A stretch of DNA of 64,000 nt from Escherichia phage EI-SP-GF: the sequence record OR992645.1. One strand, given 5' to 3'. The stretch's first letter is position 1; every line of letters begins with the position of its first letter. The notes beneath the pieces were generated by a model that saw nothing but the letters and a program-made list of their open reading frames with translations, did not search any database and was not told the origin of the DNA. The position numbers and the translations under genes are program-made. Shown piece by piece: positions 1 to 10,397 of the stretch.

Positions 1-976
1 ACCAGACGCTTGCGGGTCTTATCTTTAACCTGAACTTCTTCACCTCCGTTCAGGGTGGTTTTCAATTGGGACAAAATGTCCTGAAGCTCTACCACAGAGA
101 ATCGCTGCAGATCTTCCGAGGTAATCTCACCCAGTGCAATCTTAACGGTCTCACCACTCTCCATCTGCAGATTCAGGAACACAGTGTGAACATCACCTTT
201 CATACCATTTGCTTTTGCAGACTCAACAGCGTGAACCAGCTCGTCCAGAGATGTGCATTGGTGAATCTCTGGCAGGCCTGCTTCGCCTAGCACACCTTCT
301 TCATCACTTTTTGCCAAAAGCTTTTTCGGTTTCTGCCCATTCTGAATGCGCTGAATGTTTTCATCGTCCAGAATGATAGCACCAGTTCGAGCTGCCAGCT
401 CTTCTCCATCCAACCACACTTCTCCACCAGCCGTGATGGATGCGATCTCATCTTCTGTCAGAACCCCACCGTAGTATTTTTCGATCAGGCGTTCAAAACG
501 TTTCTTCCAGTAGTTGACCTGAGTATTCATGTTCACACCGTTGCCATAGGTGCCACCTTGATAGTAGTGGAACATAAACTCTGTGTCCGGAGCCACAGTT
601 CGTTCTTTGCAACCCAGCCATAAGATTGTTCCTGCTGAGCAGCACATCCCTTCAGCGTGTACAACAACGCTTGCCTGAGACTCGCGGAATGCCTGCAAAT
701 ACGCCATGGCAATGTGGACGCAACCACCAGGGCTGTTAACAATTACACGGATACTTTCTTCCGGCTGTGCCATACGAATTGTTTGCAAACGGGACATATG
801 ATCCTGCAAATCATCAAGATCGTCAATATAAAGCACGTGGTCAACAACTGGCGTTGGGTAGCTGTATGTTTCCATAATACCACCAGGCATACCAAACATT
901 TTATTACTCATCGGTTCGAAGCCGTTCTGTTTTTCTTTCATGCCGTGTACCATGGTGCTGCGAGGTGTTAAATTCA
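1..976 (-). CDS. ClpP-family serine protease (partial; C-terminus beyond window edge)
   Basis: Minus-strand ORF from ATG at 976, absent from ORF track because truncated; translation shows ClpP-like core IRVIVNSPGGCVHIAMAYL...HAEGMCCSAGTIL. Confidence 0.6.
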
Positions 977-1038
977 TGTGAGGTCCTTAATGTTGGAAAG
1001 TTAAAAGCGATCTATTTAAACCTGATTCTCATTTGCCT

Positions 1039-1350
1039 TTATTTAGCAATTACCATGGAATACTTACAATTGTCAGAAGCATCACAGGTCAACGATTGCC
1101 AGTCTACCACATACCACGTGTCATTGTCAACAATTACTTTATCCCCTGTTCTGTAAAATGTGTTGCTTTCAATAACACGGGACTCAGTGAAGAATCGGTG
1201 TCTTCGCTCACGTAGTAGCGCCAAGTTGATTATGTTACCACCGCTGTCCTTAATCCACACATTCTTGTATCCTTTGTTTGCCAAAATTGTCTCACCGTTA
1301 TAGACAAATAGGCAGTATATCTTATTCAGTCTCTCTTGTATTGTAGCCAT
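1039..1350 (-). CDS. hypothetical protein (103 aa)
   Basis: ORF in tightly packed minus-strand array; no recognisable motif. Confidence 0.35.
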   Translation of the reverse strand: MATIQERLNKIYCLFVYNGETILANKGYKNVWIKDSGGNIINLALLRERRHRFFTESRVIESNTFYRTGDKVIVDNDTWYVVDWQSLTCDASDNCKYSMVIAK

Positions 1351-1448
1351 ACTGTCATTCTCCTTGTTTTGTTCGATAATACCTAAAACTTATCTGTTTG
1401 TCAATAATTGTTTTAGATATTTAAGGGTGGAATAACCACCCTTCTGTA

Positions 1449-2237
1449 TTACTCGGAAACAGGGGTCCAAATATGATTTGCACGATCCTCGATAAGATTG
1501 AGTGCAATCTGACGACCCAACCCGGAACGAACGACATCATCTGGGCTATCAAAGCTAATCATCCCAACCTCAGGATCTGGATGACGAGTAAAGAAATCCG
1601 TTACCCATGCAAGTCCAGACTTACCAGGGATGTCACGTTGGCTATTATCACCCATGATTACAAGTGTGGCCTGATCAGAGATCCTTGTGATAATTGACAA
1701 CATTTCTTCAGGGTTAGTTTGCTGTGCCTCGTCAATTAGGACAAAGCACCGCTCATCGAAACTACGACCACGAATGCTTTCAACTTCACAGATCTCGATA
1801 CGACTGTTCTGACCATCTCCCAGCATTGCGGCAAAAGCACCTTTGCCAACACGACGACAAATCGTGTCCATCATGCTTCGGAGATAGGGCCACAGTTTCT
1901 GCATTGCGTTTCCAGGTTTAAACCCTGAAGTCTTTCCTGTCTGAACGTAAGGGCGTGCAACAATGATCTTATCAATCTCGTTCTTACGCAAAAGATCACC
2001 TGCATATGCGGATGCCATGAATGTCTTACCGGATCCAAACACACCGTTTACAATAATAATCTTACGCGATCCTAGATAATCAAGATACTTTTGCTGCTTT
2101 TTGTTCATTGGTCGGAGAGCTGGAGCTGTGTGCTCTCGTTCGTCAGCAAATTTCTCAGCAGCCTTACGCAGGCGATCAGATTTGCGAGCCTCTCTGGCTT
2201 CATCACGCATGCGTTTTGTTTCTTTAGCTCGACCCAT
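1449..2237 (-). CDS. phoH: PhoH-like ATPase
   Basis: Walker A GVFGSGKTF and Walker B LIDEAQ in a 262-aa protein. Confidence 0.8.
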   Translation of the reverse strand: MGRAKETKRMRDEAREARKSDRLRKAAEKFADEREHTAPALRPMNKKQQKYLDYLGSRKIIIVNGVFGSGKTFMASAYAGDLLRKNEIDKIIVARPYVQTGKTSGFKPGNAMQKLWPYLRSMMDTICRRVGKGAFAAMLGDGQNSRIEICEVESIRGRSFDERCFVLIDEAQQTNPEEMLSIITRISDQATLVIMGDNSQRDIPGKSGLAWVTDFFTRHPDPEVGMISFDSPDDVVRSGLGRQIALNLIEDRANHIWTPVSE

Positions 2238-2275
2238 GTTGGGACTCCTTTCAGATTGAGATGTGTCAAGGACTT

Positions 2276-2626
2276 TTACTGCAACAGTTTTTCAATAGCC
2301 GCTTCCATGCTGCTTGCAACAGCCTGAACTCGGATATTCATCTCTTCTTGGCGGATCAGCTCCTTAAGCTCTTTAACGGTGAATTCTTTAGAGAAACCTT
2401 CCACCATAATCTTGTGCAAGGCTTCTTGCGTGTCTACTTGCAAGAACTTTTCCAGTTTGTTGGCAGAGGCCTCTAAATCGGCCCGAATACGTGGGTCATC
2501 TGTTCGGTTCAGCATTAGGCGTAAGCCATCAAGATTAGTAGAAATAGCGTCTGCATGTTGAGTAACCAACCGTGGCAAAATGAGATCTACAAACTTACTG
2601 GCTAAATCAATACGCTCTTGTGTCAC
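2276..2626 (-). CDS. hypothetical protein (116 aa, GTG start)
   Basis: ORF track; start codon is GTG on inspection; no motif recognised. Confidence 0.35.
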   Translation of the reverse strand: MTQERIDLASKFVDLILPRLVTQHADAISTNLDGLRLMLNRTDDPRIRADLEASANKLEKFLQVDTQEALHKIMVEGFSKEFTVKELKELIRQEEMNIRVQAVASSMEAAIEKLLQ

Positions 2627-2798
2627 TGTTGCACCCCCTCTTCATCTTCATGATATTTCTTTTCACGCTTGTGTTTTTTCTTAAGCTCAAGCGCAATCTC
2701 TTTCTTGTACGCCTTCTTCAAGGCTTTTTTAGCCATTTGGCACCTCCTCTGCTTTCATTACGATAATTATAACCAACTTACCAAAGCTTTGTCAACGA

Positions 2799-3272
2799 TT
2801 AGTCAACCTGAACCCAACTGCCTGCTACCTTTTTAAACATTCTCTGGTTATCACTGCCTCGGAATGGTTTCTTTGTTGGTAAATCTTTTACATACTTGCC
2901 ATCAATGATGATATCAGCCAGCTCAAGAACATCACTAGAGATATGCTCAAATGTGAACCCAGTATACACAAGAATAGTTTTCTTGTCACCAAACTTTTCC
3001 TTAATTCTCCTCATAAGTTTAATAATACCGGGCTCATTATACGTAGCCAAAGGCTCTCCACCAAGCAAAGAAATACCGCATATAGATTCATTGTCCAAAT
3101 CTGACAAAATTCTCTGCAAATCTTCTTCGGTGAATTCTCTTCCCTTATCTTTGGACCAAAATGCTTGATTAAAGCAACCATGACAAGCGTGTGGGCACCC
3201 AGATACCCACAAGGCCGTCCTGAGACCTGGCCCTTCGGTGTAGGATATTTCTGTGTATCCGACAATATTCAT
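2799..3272 (-). CDS. nrdG: anaerobic ribonucleotide reductase activating protein (radical SAM)
   Basis: N-terminal CPHACHGCFN cysteine motif; directly downstream of nrdD. Confidence 0.85.
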   Translation of the reverse strand: MNIVGYTEISYTEGPGLRTALWVSGCPHACHGCFNQAFWSKDKGREFTEEDLQRILSDLDNESICGISLLGGEPLATYNEPGIIKLMRRIKEKFGDKKTILVYTGFTFEHISSDVLELADIIIDGKYVKDLPTKKPFRGSDNQRMFKKVAGSWVQVD

Positions 3273-3385
3273 AAGTACTCCGCATCACATTTAGGACAAT
3301 GCCAAATAAAATCATCCAGTGCCTTGCACCAACGAAGATTGCAATGACAACCACACTTGCAAATTTTATAAATACCTGACGACAT
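3269..3385 (-). CDS. small Cys-rich zinc-ribbon-like protein (38 aa)
   Basis: Hand-translated MSSGIYKICKCGCHCNLRWCKALDDFIWHCPKCDAEYL; stop TGA overlaps nrdG ATG (ATGA); below ORF-track size cutoff. Confidence 0.35.
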   Translation of the reverse strand: MSSGIYKICKCGCHCNLRWCKALDDFIWHCPKCDAEYL

Positions 3386-3448
3386 ACTGCACCTCCTAGT
3401 TTACTGTGTAACAACAATATGCCACATCCTTGTGGCTTTTGTCAAGTA

Positions 3449-4657
3449 TCAGCAACCACAGCTTCCGTAGTGCTTAACCCGTTCTATAACTTCCGCTTGC
3501 TTACCTTTGTTGTAAGGTCGGGAGTTTGGACTGGACAGATACCCAGATACACGTCTAATCACACTGATCGTTCCCTCTTCATGGTTTCCGCACTCTGGGC
3601 ATACAAAGCCTTTAGCTGTTGCACTGAACTCACCAGAGAATCCGCACTTAAGACATTTATCCACAGGTTGGTTAATACCAAAATACATAATGTGTTTATA
3701 CCCGAAATCGACAAGGGATTCCAAAGCATCCAGGTTGTTTTTCAGGTTAGGTGTTTCTATGTATCCAATGTTACCGCCAGAAGAGATCATAGCAAAACCT
3801 TCCTCATACTTCCACTTGTCAAAAGGTGAGCTATTGATCCACACGGGCTGGTGGAAACTGTTGGTAAGGTATTCGTGCTCGTGCTTCAACACTTCAGGAT
3901 ATTCACGATCTAGACATGTTGCAGCCTTATAGCACAAGCTCTCTGAAGGAGTGCCGTACAAGCTGAATGCCAGACCACTTTCTTTTTTGTACCGATCACA
4001 AGCGTCTTTCATGTGCTGAAGGATCCCAAGAGCTAAGGACTTGTCTCCCTCTCTGCCTAAAATCTGGCAGGTTTCATACACACCAATATATCCAATACTT
4101 ATGGAAGCATACCCGTCATAGAAGAGTTTATCAATACTCTCTTCAGGATCCAGGCGAGCAAGAGCTCCTTCACACCACATGATGGGGTTCTGCCCTGCCT
4201 TTGTTCCTTTTAGACGGTTAACCCTTACAAGGTGAGCCTCGTATGCCAGATCCAAGTACTCGTCAAGAACTGCAAAGAAATCAACACCTTCCGTTTTAGC
4301 TTTTGCCGCAATCATTGGTAGGTTAAGGCTAACAACACCTAAGTTAAATCTGCCAAGGTATTTCTCCTCTCCTGTTTCCAAGTCATTGTATTTGCTAAGA
4401 AAACTCCGGCAACCCATGCTTGTGACATTACCTTCTGTTGAACCTGTCACTTTTCTATTCAGTGGTACAGATACGAAGTCAGGATAAATCCGCTCTGCAG
4501 AGCATTCCAGAGCTAATCGTTTCAAATCATAGTTAGGATCCTCGGGGTTCATGTTGATACCCTCCTCCAGGAAGAACAGCACCTTAGGGAACACAGGTGT
4601 GATACGTTCTTCACCAAGACCCATTTTGTGGACTTTCAGGTAGTTTTTGGTAATCAT
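3449..4657 (-). CDS. nrdD: anaerobic ribonucleoside-triphosphate reductase, exon 2 (C-terminal part with glycyl-radical site)
   Basis: C-terminal CPECGN zinc site and RRVSGYL glycyl-radical motif; frame is open up to 4750 so true exon start may lie between 4657 and 4750. Confidence 0.85.
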   Translation of the reverse strand: MITKNYLKVHKMGLGEERITPVFPKVLFFLEEGINMNPEDPNYDLKRLALECSAERIYPDFVSVPLNRKVTGSTEGNVTSMGCRSFLSKYNDLETGEEKYLGRFNLGVVSLNLPMIAAKAKTEGVDFFAVLDEYLDLAYEAHLVRVNRLKGTKAGQNPIMWCEGALARLDPEESIDKLFYDGYASISIGYIGVYETCQILGREGDKSLALGILQHMKDACDRYKKESGLAFSLYGTPSESLCYKAATCLDREYPEVLKHEHEYLTNSFHQPVWINSSPFDKWKYEEGFAMISSGGNIGYIETPNLKNNLDALESLVDFGYKHIMYFGINQPVDKCLKCGFSGEFSATAKGFVCPECGNHEEGTISVIRRVSGYLSSPNSRPYNKGKQAEVIERVKHYGSCGC

Positions 4658-5508
4658 TCTACCAAAGATTGAGGTATCCAGTCCTAAACTTAATGTGATG
4701 AATGGAGTCTGCTGTCTCCTCCCCGTGTTTCCACAGGGCCAGACTATCTCTTACTCTACTTCAATAAGATAATAACCCTTTATTGTGAGATGCTTACCTT
4801 CGGCATTTCCTTCGATAGCCCTATGAACGTTACCTACGTTCAAATTTAAGGCTTTTGCACAGGCATAGAGTGAAGGATATTCACCCACCAAGGTTTTCCC
4901 TTTGTATGCCTGCACTTTCCTATAGCACTTGCCTGGACAAAGTCCTGTTCGGAAAGCATGTCTCTTATTATCTTCCGGCAAAACCCACTCTAGGTTAGAC
5001 GGATGATCATTCAATGTATTGCCATCTTTATGATTCACTTCCCAGTTTTCAGGGTCTTCTGGGACATCTGGCAAACAATACAAGGCAACAATCCTTGAGG
5101 TTTGGATTCGAATCTTTTTACCTTTGTGGTTGAAAGAGTACATATAACGGCGTTTAACATGCTTGTTACCTTTTCCATAACCTCCCCACAATATTGGGTG
5201 TAGCATTCCACGTTTTCCGTATACGTTTCCAACCTCATCAATCACATAGTTTGATTCTTCACCATTAAGAATGATCTTTTTCATAGAGCCTCTCCATTTC
5301 GAAGTTAGTATTTCAACTAACCCCTACACTACTTGGTTCAGAAATGTTTGTCAAGCATCTCTGCCTTTCGTTAGTCGTTACAACCGTTCCAACTCCTGTA
5401 AGAACTAGTCACGGGATTGGCATAGCTTTCGCCTTAGCGTTCCCCGTTAGCCGGATTTACCGACCCCTCTTATGAGGTTAGGAGAGTTTTACAACGGCCA
5501 GTTTGTTA
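4658..5508 (-). mobile_element. group I self-splicing intron interrupting nrdD, carrying an HNH homing endonuclease ORF (boundaries approximate)
   Basis: Sequence between the two nrdD ORFs; minus strand has P7-type elements AACGACTAAC (5' part) and AAGAGATAGTCTGG (3' part) matching group I R/S consensus; free-standing endonuclease ORF between them. Confidence 0.7.
4751..5284 (-). CDS. HNH homing endonuclease (intron-encoded)
   Basis: HNH motif NHKDGNTLNDHPSNLEWV in a 177-aa protein located inside the nrdD intron. Confidence 0.75.
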   Translation of the reverse strand: MKKIILNGEESNYVIDEVGNVYGKRGMLHPILWGGYGKGNKHVKRRYMYSFNHKGKKIRIQTSRIVALYCLPDVPEDPENWEVNHKDGNTLNDHPSNLEWVLPEDNKRHAFRTGLCPGKCYRKVQAYKGKTLVGEYPSLYACAKALNLNVGNVHRAIEGNAEGKHLTIKGYYLIEVE

Positions 5509-6369
5509 ACCGTTGACAGAAGTTAACGTATTGATTTGGTATAGCAAAGTTTGCATACTATCAAACACGTCTTTATCCGTCATTTGCATTGCAACAGTCT
5601 CAGCATCCGGCAACCAATGTTCCTGACAAAATTTAAGATTCTTCTCATAGGTTGCTTCAGCATACTGCGCCAGATAATGATCAATATGGCTCATGGTCTG
5701 ACCACCATACTGAGCACTAGCTACTGCACTAGAGATTTGGCTGAGGATTGTTGTTGCAACCCCTATTGACTTCGGCTTACTGACATGGGCGTTGCCAATG
5801 TTGAATCCGTTTTCCAGCATATCCGGATAATTCACCAAACAGCAGTTTGTTAACGGACTGATCAGATAGTCAAGATCATGCACATGGATGAATCCCTTGT
5901 TGTGCTCTTCGGAGACACGATCTGGCAGTATCTGTGTTGATGCAAGGTGTTTGCTAAGGATACCTGCAAGCAGGTCACGATGAGTATGTACATGATTAGT
6001 GGGCTTATTTGCGTTTTCTTTTGTAAATTCATCACAAGTTCGATCCAAGAAGCCACTAATATCTGCAAGCAGTTTTCCACCTGCCTCTCTGTTATTATCT
6101 CTTGTCTGTCTATACTGGATATATTCTCTGGCTGCACATTTTAAACCCATATCCATAAGAGCATCTTCAACAAGGATATGGATATTTTTTACAGAGATCG
6201 TGCACTGGTCGGTTGGTAGATTGTTGGCAACAACTTCATTAACCGCACAAGCGATCCGGTAAGCTTCTTCTTCAGTATGCCCAGACTCAAGTAAGGCGGA
6301 CTCTGCCGCCTTGATTACCTTAACTCCGTTATAGACCTCTTCTCTACCGTCCCGTTTTACAACTTTCAC
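5506..6369 (-). CDS. nrdD: anaerobic ribonucleoside-triphosphate reductase, exon 1 (N-terminal ATP-cone part)
   Basis: Starts MKVVKRDGREEVY (ATP-cone-like); ORF ends at a stop that lies at the 5' edge of the intron, exon probably ends near 5509. Confidence 0.85.
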   Translation of the reverse strand: MKVVKRDGREEVYNGVKVIKAAESALLESGHTEEEAYRIACAVNEVVANNLPTDQCTISVKNIHILVEDALMDMGLKCAAREYIQYRQTRDNNREAGGKLLADISGFLDRTCDEFTKENANKPTNHVHTHRDLLAGILSKHLASTQILPDRVSEEHNKGFIHVHDLDYLISPLTNCCLVNYPDMLENGFNIGNAHVSKPKSIGVATTILSQISSAVASAQYGGQTMSHIDHYLAQYAEATYEKNLKFCQEHWLPDAETVAMQMTDKDVFDSMQTLLYQINTLTSVNG

Positions 6370-6644
6370 TTTTTCTCTCCAAAACCATTCTTAACAAAAG
6401 AGATGAAATCGTCAGCACCACCTATGTGGACACTATCAAGGTTGCTTTCCAAGAAGATCTGAGGCAACGTTCTGGGAACAAATGGACTACACTTCTCAAT
6501 AAGCTCTTCTTTTGTGTATCCTTCACCGAGCGTCTTGTATACGAAAGGTATACCTTTGCTTGCTGCAAATTCTTTTGCTCTTACACAATGTGGGCAGTTA
6601 TCCTTACCGTAGATGATAATGAAAAAAGATTTTTCACAGCTCAT
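6366..6644 (-). CDS. glutaredoxin/thioredoxin-like redoxin
   Basis: 92 aa with CPHC active-site motif near N-terminus, between nrdB and nrdD. Confidence 0.7.
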   Translation of the reverse strand: MSCEKSFFIIIYGKDNCPHCVRAKEFAASKGIPFVYKTLGEGYTKEELIEKCSPFVPRTLPQIFLESNLDSVHIGGADDFISFVKNGFGEKK

Positions 6645-6647
6645 ATA

Positions 6648-7736
6648 TTAAAACTCCCAAATTTCTTCTTCAGCGTCATTAACAGTTGTGTTGACGCGAT
6701 AGTCGGTGTTAGACATTTCCTGGTTAGCCGTCTGTTGCAGTGAAGGTTTCATCCACACCTGCATAAACGGTAACGGGTCTTTTGTTGGCGGCACAAAGTC
6801 TTTGTCGATGTTATAGTAATCATAAATCGGTGAACAGTTATAGTCAACCCATTCTTTAAGTAATGGTGAGTTAAGCCCTATAATCGCCCTTCCTTCGCTG
6901 AAAATATAGTCACTCCAACCGTACTCCTTGATCCGTACTTCGTCAAGAATCTCTTTTAACTCTCCCTTAATCTCAAGAAAGCTTTGCTCCCATGTAGGAT
7001 CATCAAGCAGGATATCGATGATAGCAAAATCACCTTTCGAATGCAGCATCTCATCAAGCATAATTTTTTGAACGAGTTGTGCAACTTGAACAAAAATACC
7101 TTGCTCAGCTACTGCGAACGTACATGCAAAACTTGCAATAAACTCAATACTCTCTAGAGCTAAAAGTGCAAAAAGTGCTCTAAGGATACATTTCCGTACA
7201 ACATCTTCTTCAACACTGGAAGGATCCAGTCGGTATTTTGCACCAATAACCTCAAGCTCTTGCATATATTTGACAATAACTCCAGACCTGCTTAGCACGT
7301 TCTGGTTTTCCTGAATCTCTTCTATAATCTCACGAGCATTAGGAAGGCATTGTCTAACAATCTCTGAGTAAGTTAGTGCATGAAGAACCTCGATCTCAGA
7401 CTGCTTCATCAACAAGGTGAAAAGTTCACTATTAGTGATAAATGGTGAAAACAGACAAATGATAGATCTTGCTGCAACACTGTCTGCCTCCCATTGCCAC
7501 ATCAGTGTCTGCACCATTACATCGTAAGTTGACTTTGAGCATGTTACGAAATCCGAAATAGACTGTGACAAATCTACTTCGTCCTCTGCCCAATCTTGTT
7601 CTTTTTGTTTTTTGTATAGTTCAAACAGCTGTGGGTACTTTTTGTTAATAGAGTCGTACATCCCCATCTGCTGTCCTAAAAACAGCGGATAATCACCAGT
7701 TTTATGAGCAGTGTTCTCAGTATTAAATACAGCCAT
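6648..7736 (-). CDS. nrdB: ribonucleotide reductase class Ia small subunit
   Basis: Position next to nrdA and size (362 aa from MAVFNTEN) fit the class Ia small subunit; no signature motif was checked. Start moved from ORF-track 7826 to ATG at 7736 (GAGG RBS 8 nt upstream), since 7826 would overlap nrdA. Confidence 0.85.
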   Translation of the reverse strand: MAVFNTENTAHKTGDYPLFLGQQMGMYDSINKKYPQLFELYKKQKEQDWAEDEVDLSQSISDFVTCSKSTYDVMVQTLMWQWEADSVAARSIICLFSPFITNSELFTLLMKQSEIEVLHALTYSEIVRQCLPNAREIIEEIQENQNVLSRSGVIVKYMQELEVIGAKYRLDPSSVEEDVVRKCILRALFALLALESIEFIASFACTFAVAEQGIFVQVAQLVQKIMLDEMLHSKGDFAIIDILLDDPTWEQSFLEIKGELKEILDEVRIKEYGWSDYIFSEGRAIIGLNSPLLKEWVDYNCSPIYDYYNIDKDFVPPTKDPLPFMQVWMKPSLQQTANQEMSNTDYRVNTTVNDAEEEIWEF

Positions 7737-7776
7737 TATTCTACCTCTAAAATGGGGCCGAAGCCCCTTTTTTAAA

Positions 7777-10092
7777 TTACAGTGCACAACTTTCGCAATA
7801 CGGATCTTCAACTGAACTATCTGCAATCAAAGGATAGTTCTTTCTGGTTTCATCTTCAGCCTGTTTCTTCGCGTGAAGCTCCTCTGTCAAAGAGTCACCA
7901 GCACCAACCCGAGAGTTTAAGTAATACCATGTCTTCATCCCGAATTTAGTAGCACGGATAAGATACCCAAGCTGCTCCTTCATTGAAATTTTACCATCTT
8001 TCAACTTGGTGTAATCAATATATAGGTCAGCACTGATTGCCTGTCCTGTGAATTTTTGAATCACAGCATACATATCAATCATGTCGTTAGTATCAACGTC
8101 CCAAGCTGAGGTATAATACTCTTTCAGTTCATCATATTCAGGAACGATAAACAGCACCTGCCCTTGTGGTGACTTTTTAAAGATAATGTGTTCACGGACA
8201 GGATAAACCCCGTTAGTGGTGTTTGTTGCCAGCGAAGAGCTTTCATTAGGCATATATGCTTCAAGAACGCTATTACGTAGCCCACCATTTTCAATGATTT
8301 CTTTACGTAACCCTTCCCAATCCTGCTTAAGAGAAGGATCTTTCACCACACTATCGACCTCTTTGTTATAAGTGTCGATTGGTAACCAACCCTCTGGGTA
8401 TTTTGTTTTATGCATCCACTCGCAGACACCGCGCTCTTTTGCCAATCGTAAACTTGCCTTATGCAAGCTGTAGCTGTGGAGCTCTGCAAGATCGTGAACA
8501 AGCTGTTTACTTTCAGGAGACCCGTAAGCAACCTTGTGGCTGGCAATAAAATGTGCAACATTGGTAAGGCCAACCCCGATGGATCTGCGTTTTTTAACAG
8601 TGCTCTCCATATTTTCATACGGATATGTCATGATTTCCATAACATTGTCAATCATAAGCACAGTGTAGTATGCAACATCCTCATACTCCTCCGGGGTAAC
8701 CCTTCCGGCTACAAGAGATGACAGGAAGCACAATGCAACTTCGCCATCATCAACATCGTACTTGAAGATATTACGCATATCTGAATAGCCTTTTGTCGGG
8801 AGGGCTATTTCTGCACACAGGTTACTTGAATAGATTACATCTTTAAAAGGTGTATGTCTATTCATCTCATCTGTCCAGTATACGTACAGCCTTCCAACCT
8901 CGGTACGCTGCGTGATCAGCTCAACAGCAAGATCTCTAGCTCGGATCCATGTTTTAGGAATACTGTCATCTTTAGCGATACGATCAACCTCTGCATCAAA
9001 CTCCTCCATAGACATGGTGAAGATACCCTCATGCAGTTGAGGCGCGTGCTTATAAGAAACAAGCATCCAATCTAAATTCTTAGCCACACGGTTGATAAAC
9101 GACCTATTAATACCTATAGAGTAGTCCATGGTGTTGATTCTTTTTGAAGCAACAGTCATAGGGTTTCTCAAACGGATTAGCTCATCAATCTGCGGGTCCA
9201 GTGCAAGGAATGATACTGTTGCAGAACCGCCACGTGATTGTTGTCTGTTCTCCTTAACCCCAGCATCAATACCTCGATAATATGGAATCTTGCCCATATG
9301 TTTAATAGTGTTACCACGAACACCATCACCTGCAGATCTTGATGATAAATAGTAGCCAATACCTGCTTGGTTAACCGTCATTGTGTATGCAACTTCACGT
9401 GCCACACCAATAGATTTTGCTGTATCGTCAGCTTTTATTACACAACAAGATGCATACCCTGTCTTGCCTGTGCGCAGCCCGTTTAAGTACGGTGTCGGGG
9501 CATTGATCTTTAAGTCGGACAGATAAGTGTATAATTTTACAACATCGTTGATACGACGTTCTTTCGACATATTCTTCATGACAGCCATTGCTATCCCCAT
9601 AAACATCATCTGGGGAGATTCAAACAAGGTGTCTTTAAGAGTATCCTTGATCCCGTATTTGTCGCGAAACTGTTTAAGGACTGCATAGCCATAACCGAGA
9701 TCTTTACTGTGGTCAATAACAGCGTCTAAAGTGTTTAGCTCGGTAAAGCTATAACCCATATCCTCCCAATACCCTTTCTCAACCATGGTATTGTAAAATG
9801 ATGGTAAGGAAGGGATCTTTGTAAACCCTCCAAAAGCCTCTTTATAAATCTGACCAATAAGAACACGACCAGCCATACGGGAATGTGCTTCGTCTTTACG
9901 GCTAACACAGGAGTCTATAATAGCTTGGTTAACTTCTTTGGTTGTGCATCCATCATACAGCCGTTTGTATGCATCAAGTGCAATATGTGACCAATTGCCG
10001 TTACCGTCGTCACCGAAAATAGCTGCCTTATTTAAACGTTCCGGATCGAATGCTACTTCACATCCGTTGCTTTTAATTACCTTGGTGATCAA
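7777..10092 (-). CDS. nrdA: ribonucleotide reductase class Ia large subunit
   Basis: 771 aa, N-terminal ATP-cone (MITKVIKSNGCEVAFD), active-site NLCAEIALP, C-terminal CESCAL. Confidence 0.9.
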   Translation of the reverse strand: MITKVIKSNGCEVAFDPERLNKAAIFGDDGNGNWSHIALDAYKRLYDGCTTKEVNQAIIDSCVSRKDEAHSRMAGRVLIGQIYKEAFGGFTKIPSLPSFYNTMVEKGYWEDMGYSFTELNTLDAVIDHSKDLGYGYAVLKQFRDKYGIKDTLKDTLFESPQMMFMGIAMAVMKNMSKERRINDVVKLYTYLSDLKINAPTPYLNGLRTGKTGYASCCVIKADDTAKSIGVAREVAYTMTVNQAGIGYYLSSRSAGDGVRGNTIKHMGKIPYYRGIDAGVKENRQQSRGGSATVSFLALDPQIDELIRLRNPMTVASKRINTMDYSIGINRSFINRVAKNLDWMLVSYKHAPQLHEGIFTMSMEEFDAEVDRIAKDDSIPKTWIRARDLAVELITQRTEVGRLYVYWTDEMNRHTPFKDVIYSSNLCAEIALPTKGYSDMRNIFKYDVDDGEVALCFLSSLVAGRVTPEEYEDVAYYTVLMIDNVMEIMTYPYENMESTVKKRRSIGVGLTNVAHFIASHKVAYGSPESKQLVHDLAELHSYSLHKASLRLAKERGVCEWMHKTKYPEGWLPIDTYNKEVDSVVKDPSLKQDWEGLRKEIIENGGLRNSVLEAYMPNESSSLATNTTNGVYPVREHIIFKKSPQGQVLFIVPEYDELKEYYTSAWDVDTNDMIDMYAVIQKFTGQAISADLYIDYTKLKDGKISMKEQLGYLIRATKFGMKTWYYLNSRVGAGDSLTEELHAKKQAEDETRKNYPLIADSSVEDPYCESCAL

Positions 10093-10397
10093 TTTGCTTC
10101 CTCCACTTCATCAACGTATTTATCAAGGCAGGTATCAGTATCTTGTTGGATAAAGGTATCCTCTTCTACAGAGATATTTATAATTTTACCTGTATACTCG
10201 TCATAATAAACATCATCATACATTTTAATATCGTTTGTCAGGCCGTTGAACCAAAGCCAACCAACATACTCTGACCGACTTGCAAAACCAAGATCCTTCC
10301 ACTTGGAGTTATGACTCATCTTCACCACCTTAGCTTTCAATACCGAATAATTTTTCCAGGCGATGCAGATCTTCAAAATTGAAAGGTTCATCAACAA
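10089..10397 (-). CDS. hypothetical protein (102 aa)
   Basis: ORF track; overlaps nrdA start by 4 nt. Confidence 0.35.
   Translation of the reverse strand: MLMNLSILKICIAWKNYSVLKAKVVKMSHNSKWKDLGFASRSEYVGWLWFNGLTNDIKMYDDVYYDEYTGKIINISVEEDTFIQQDTDTCLDKYVDEVEEAN

Noticed and set aside
3449-6369. nrdD as a pseudogene or intein-containing gene
   Set aside because: The insertion contains stop codons, a separately framed HNH ORF and group I P7 elements, so an RNA intron is the simpler explanation
8343-9359. Several 60-90 aa ORFs on both strands inside nrdA
   Set aside because: Fully embedded in a well-supported long coding region; no start context
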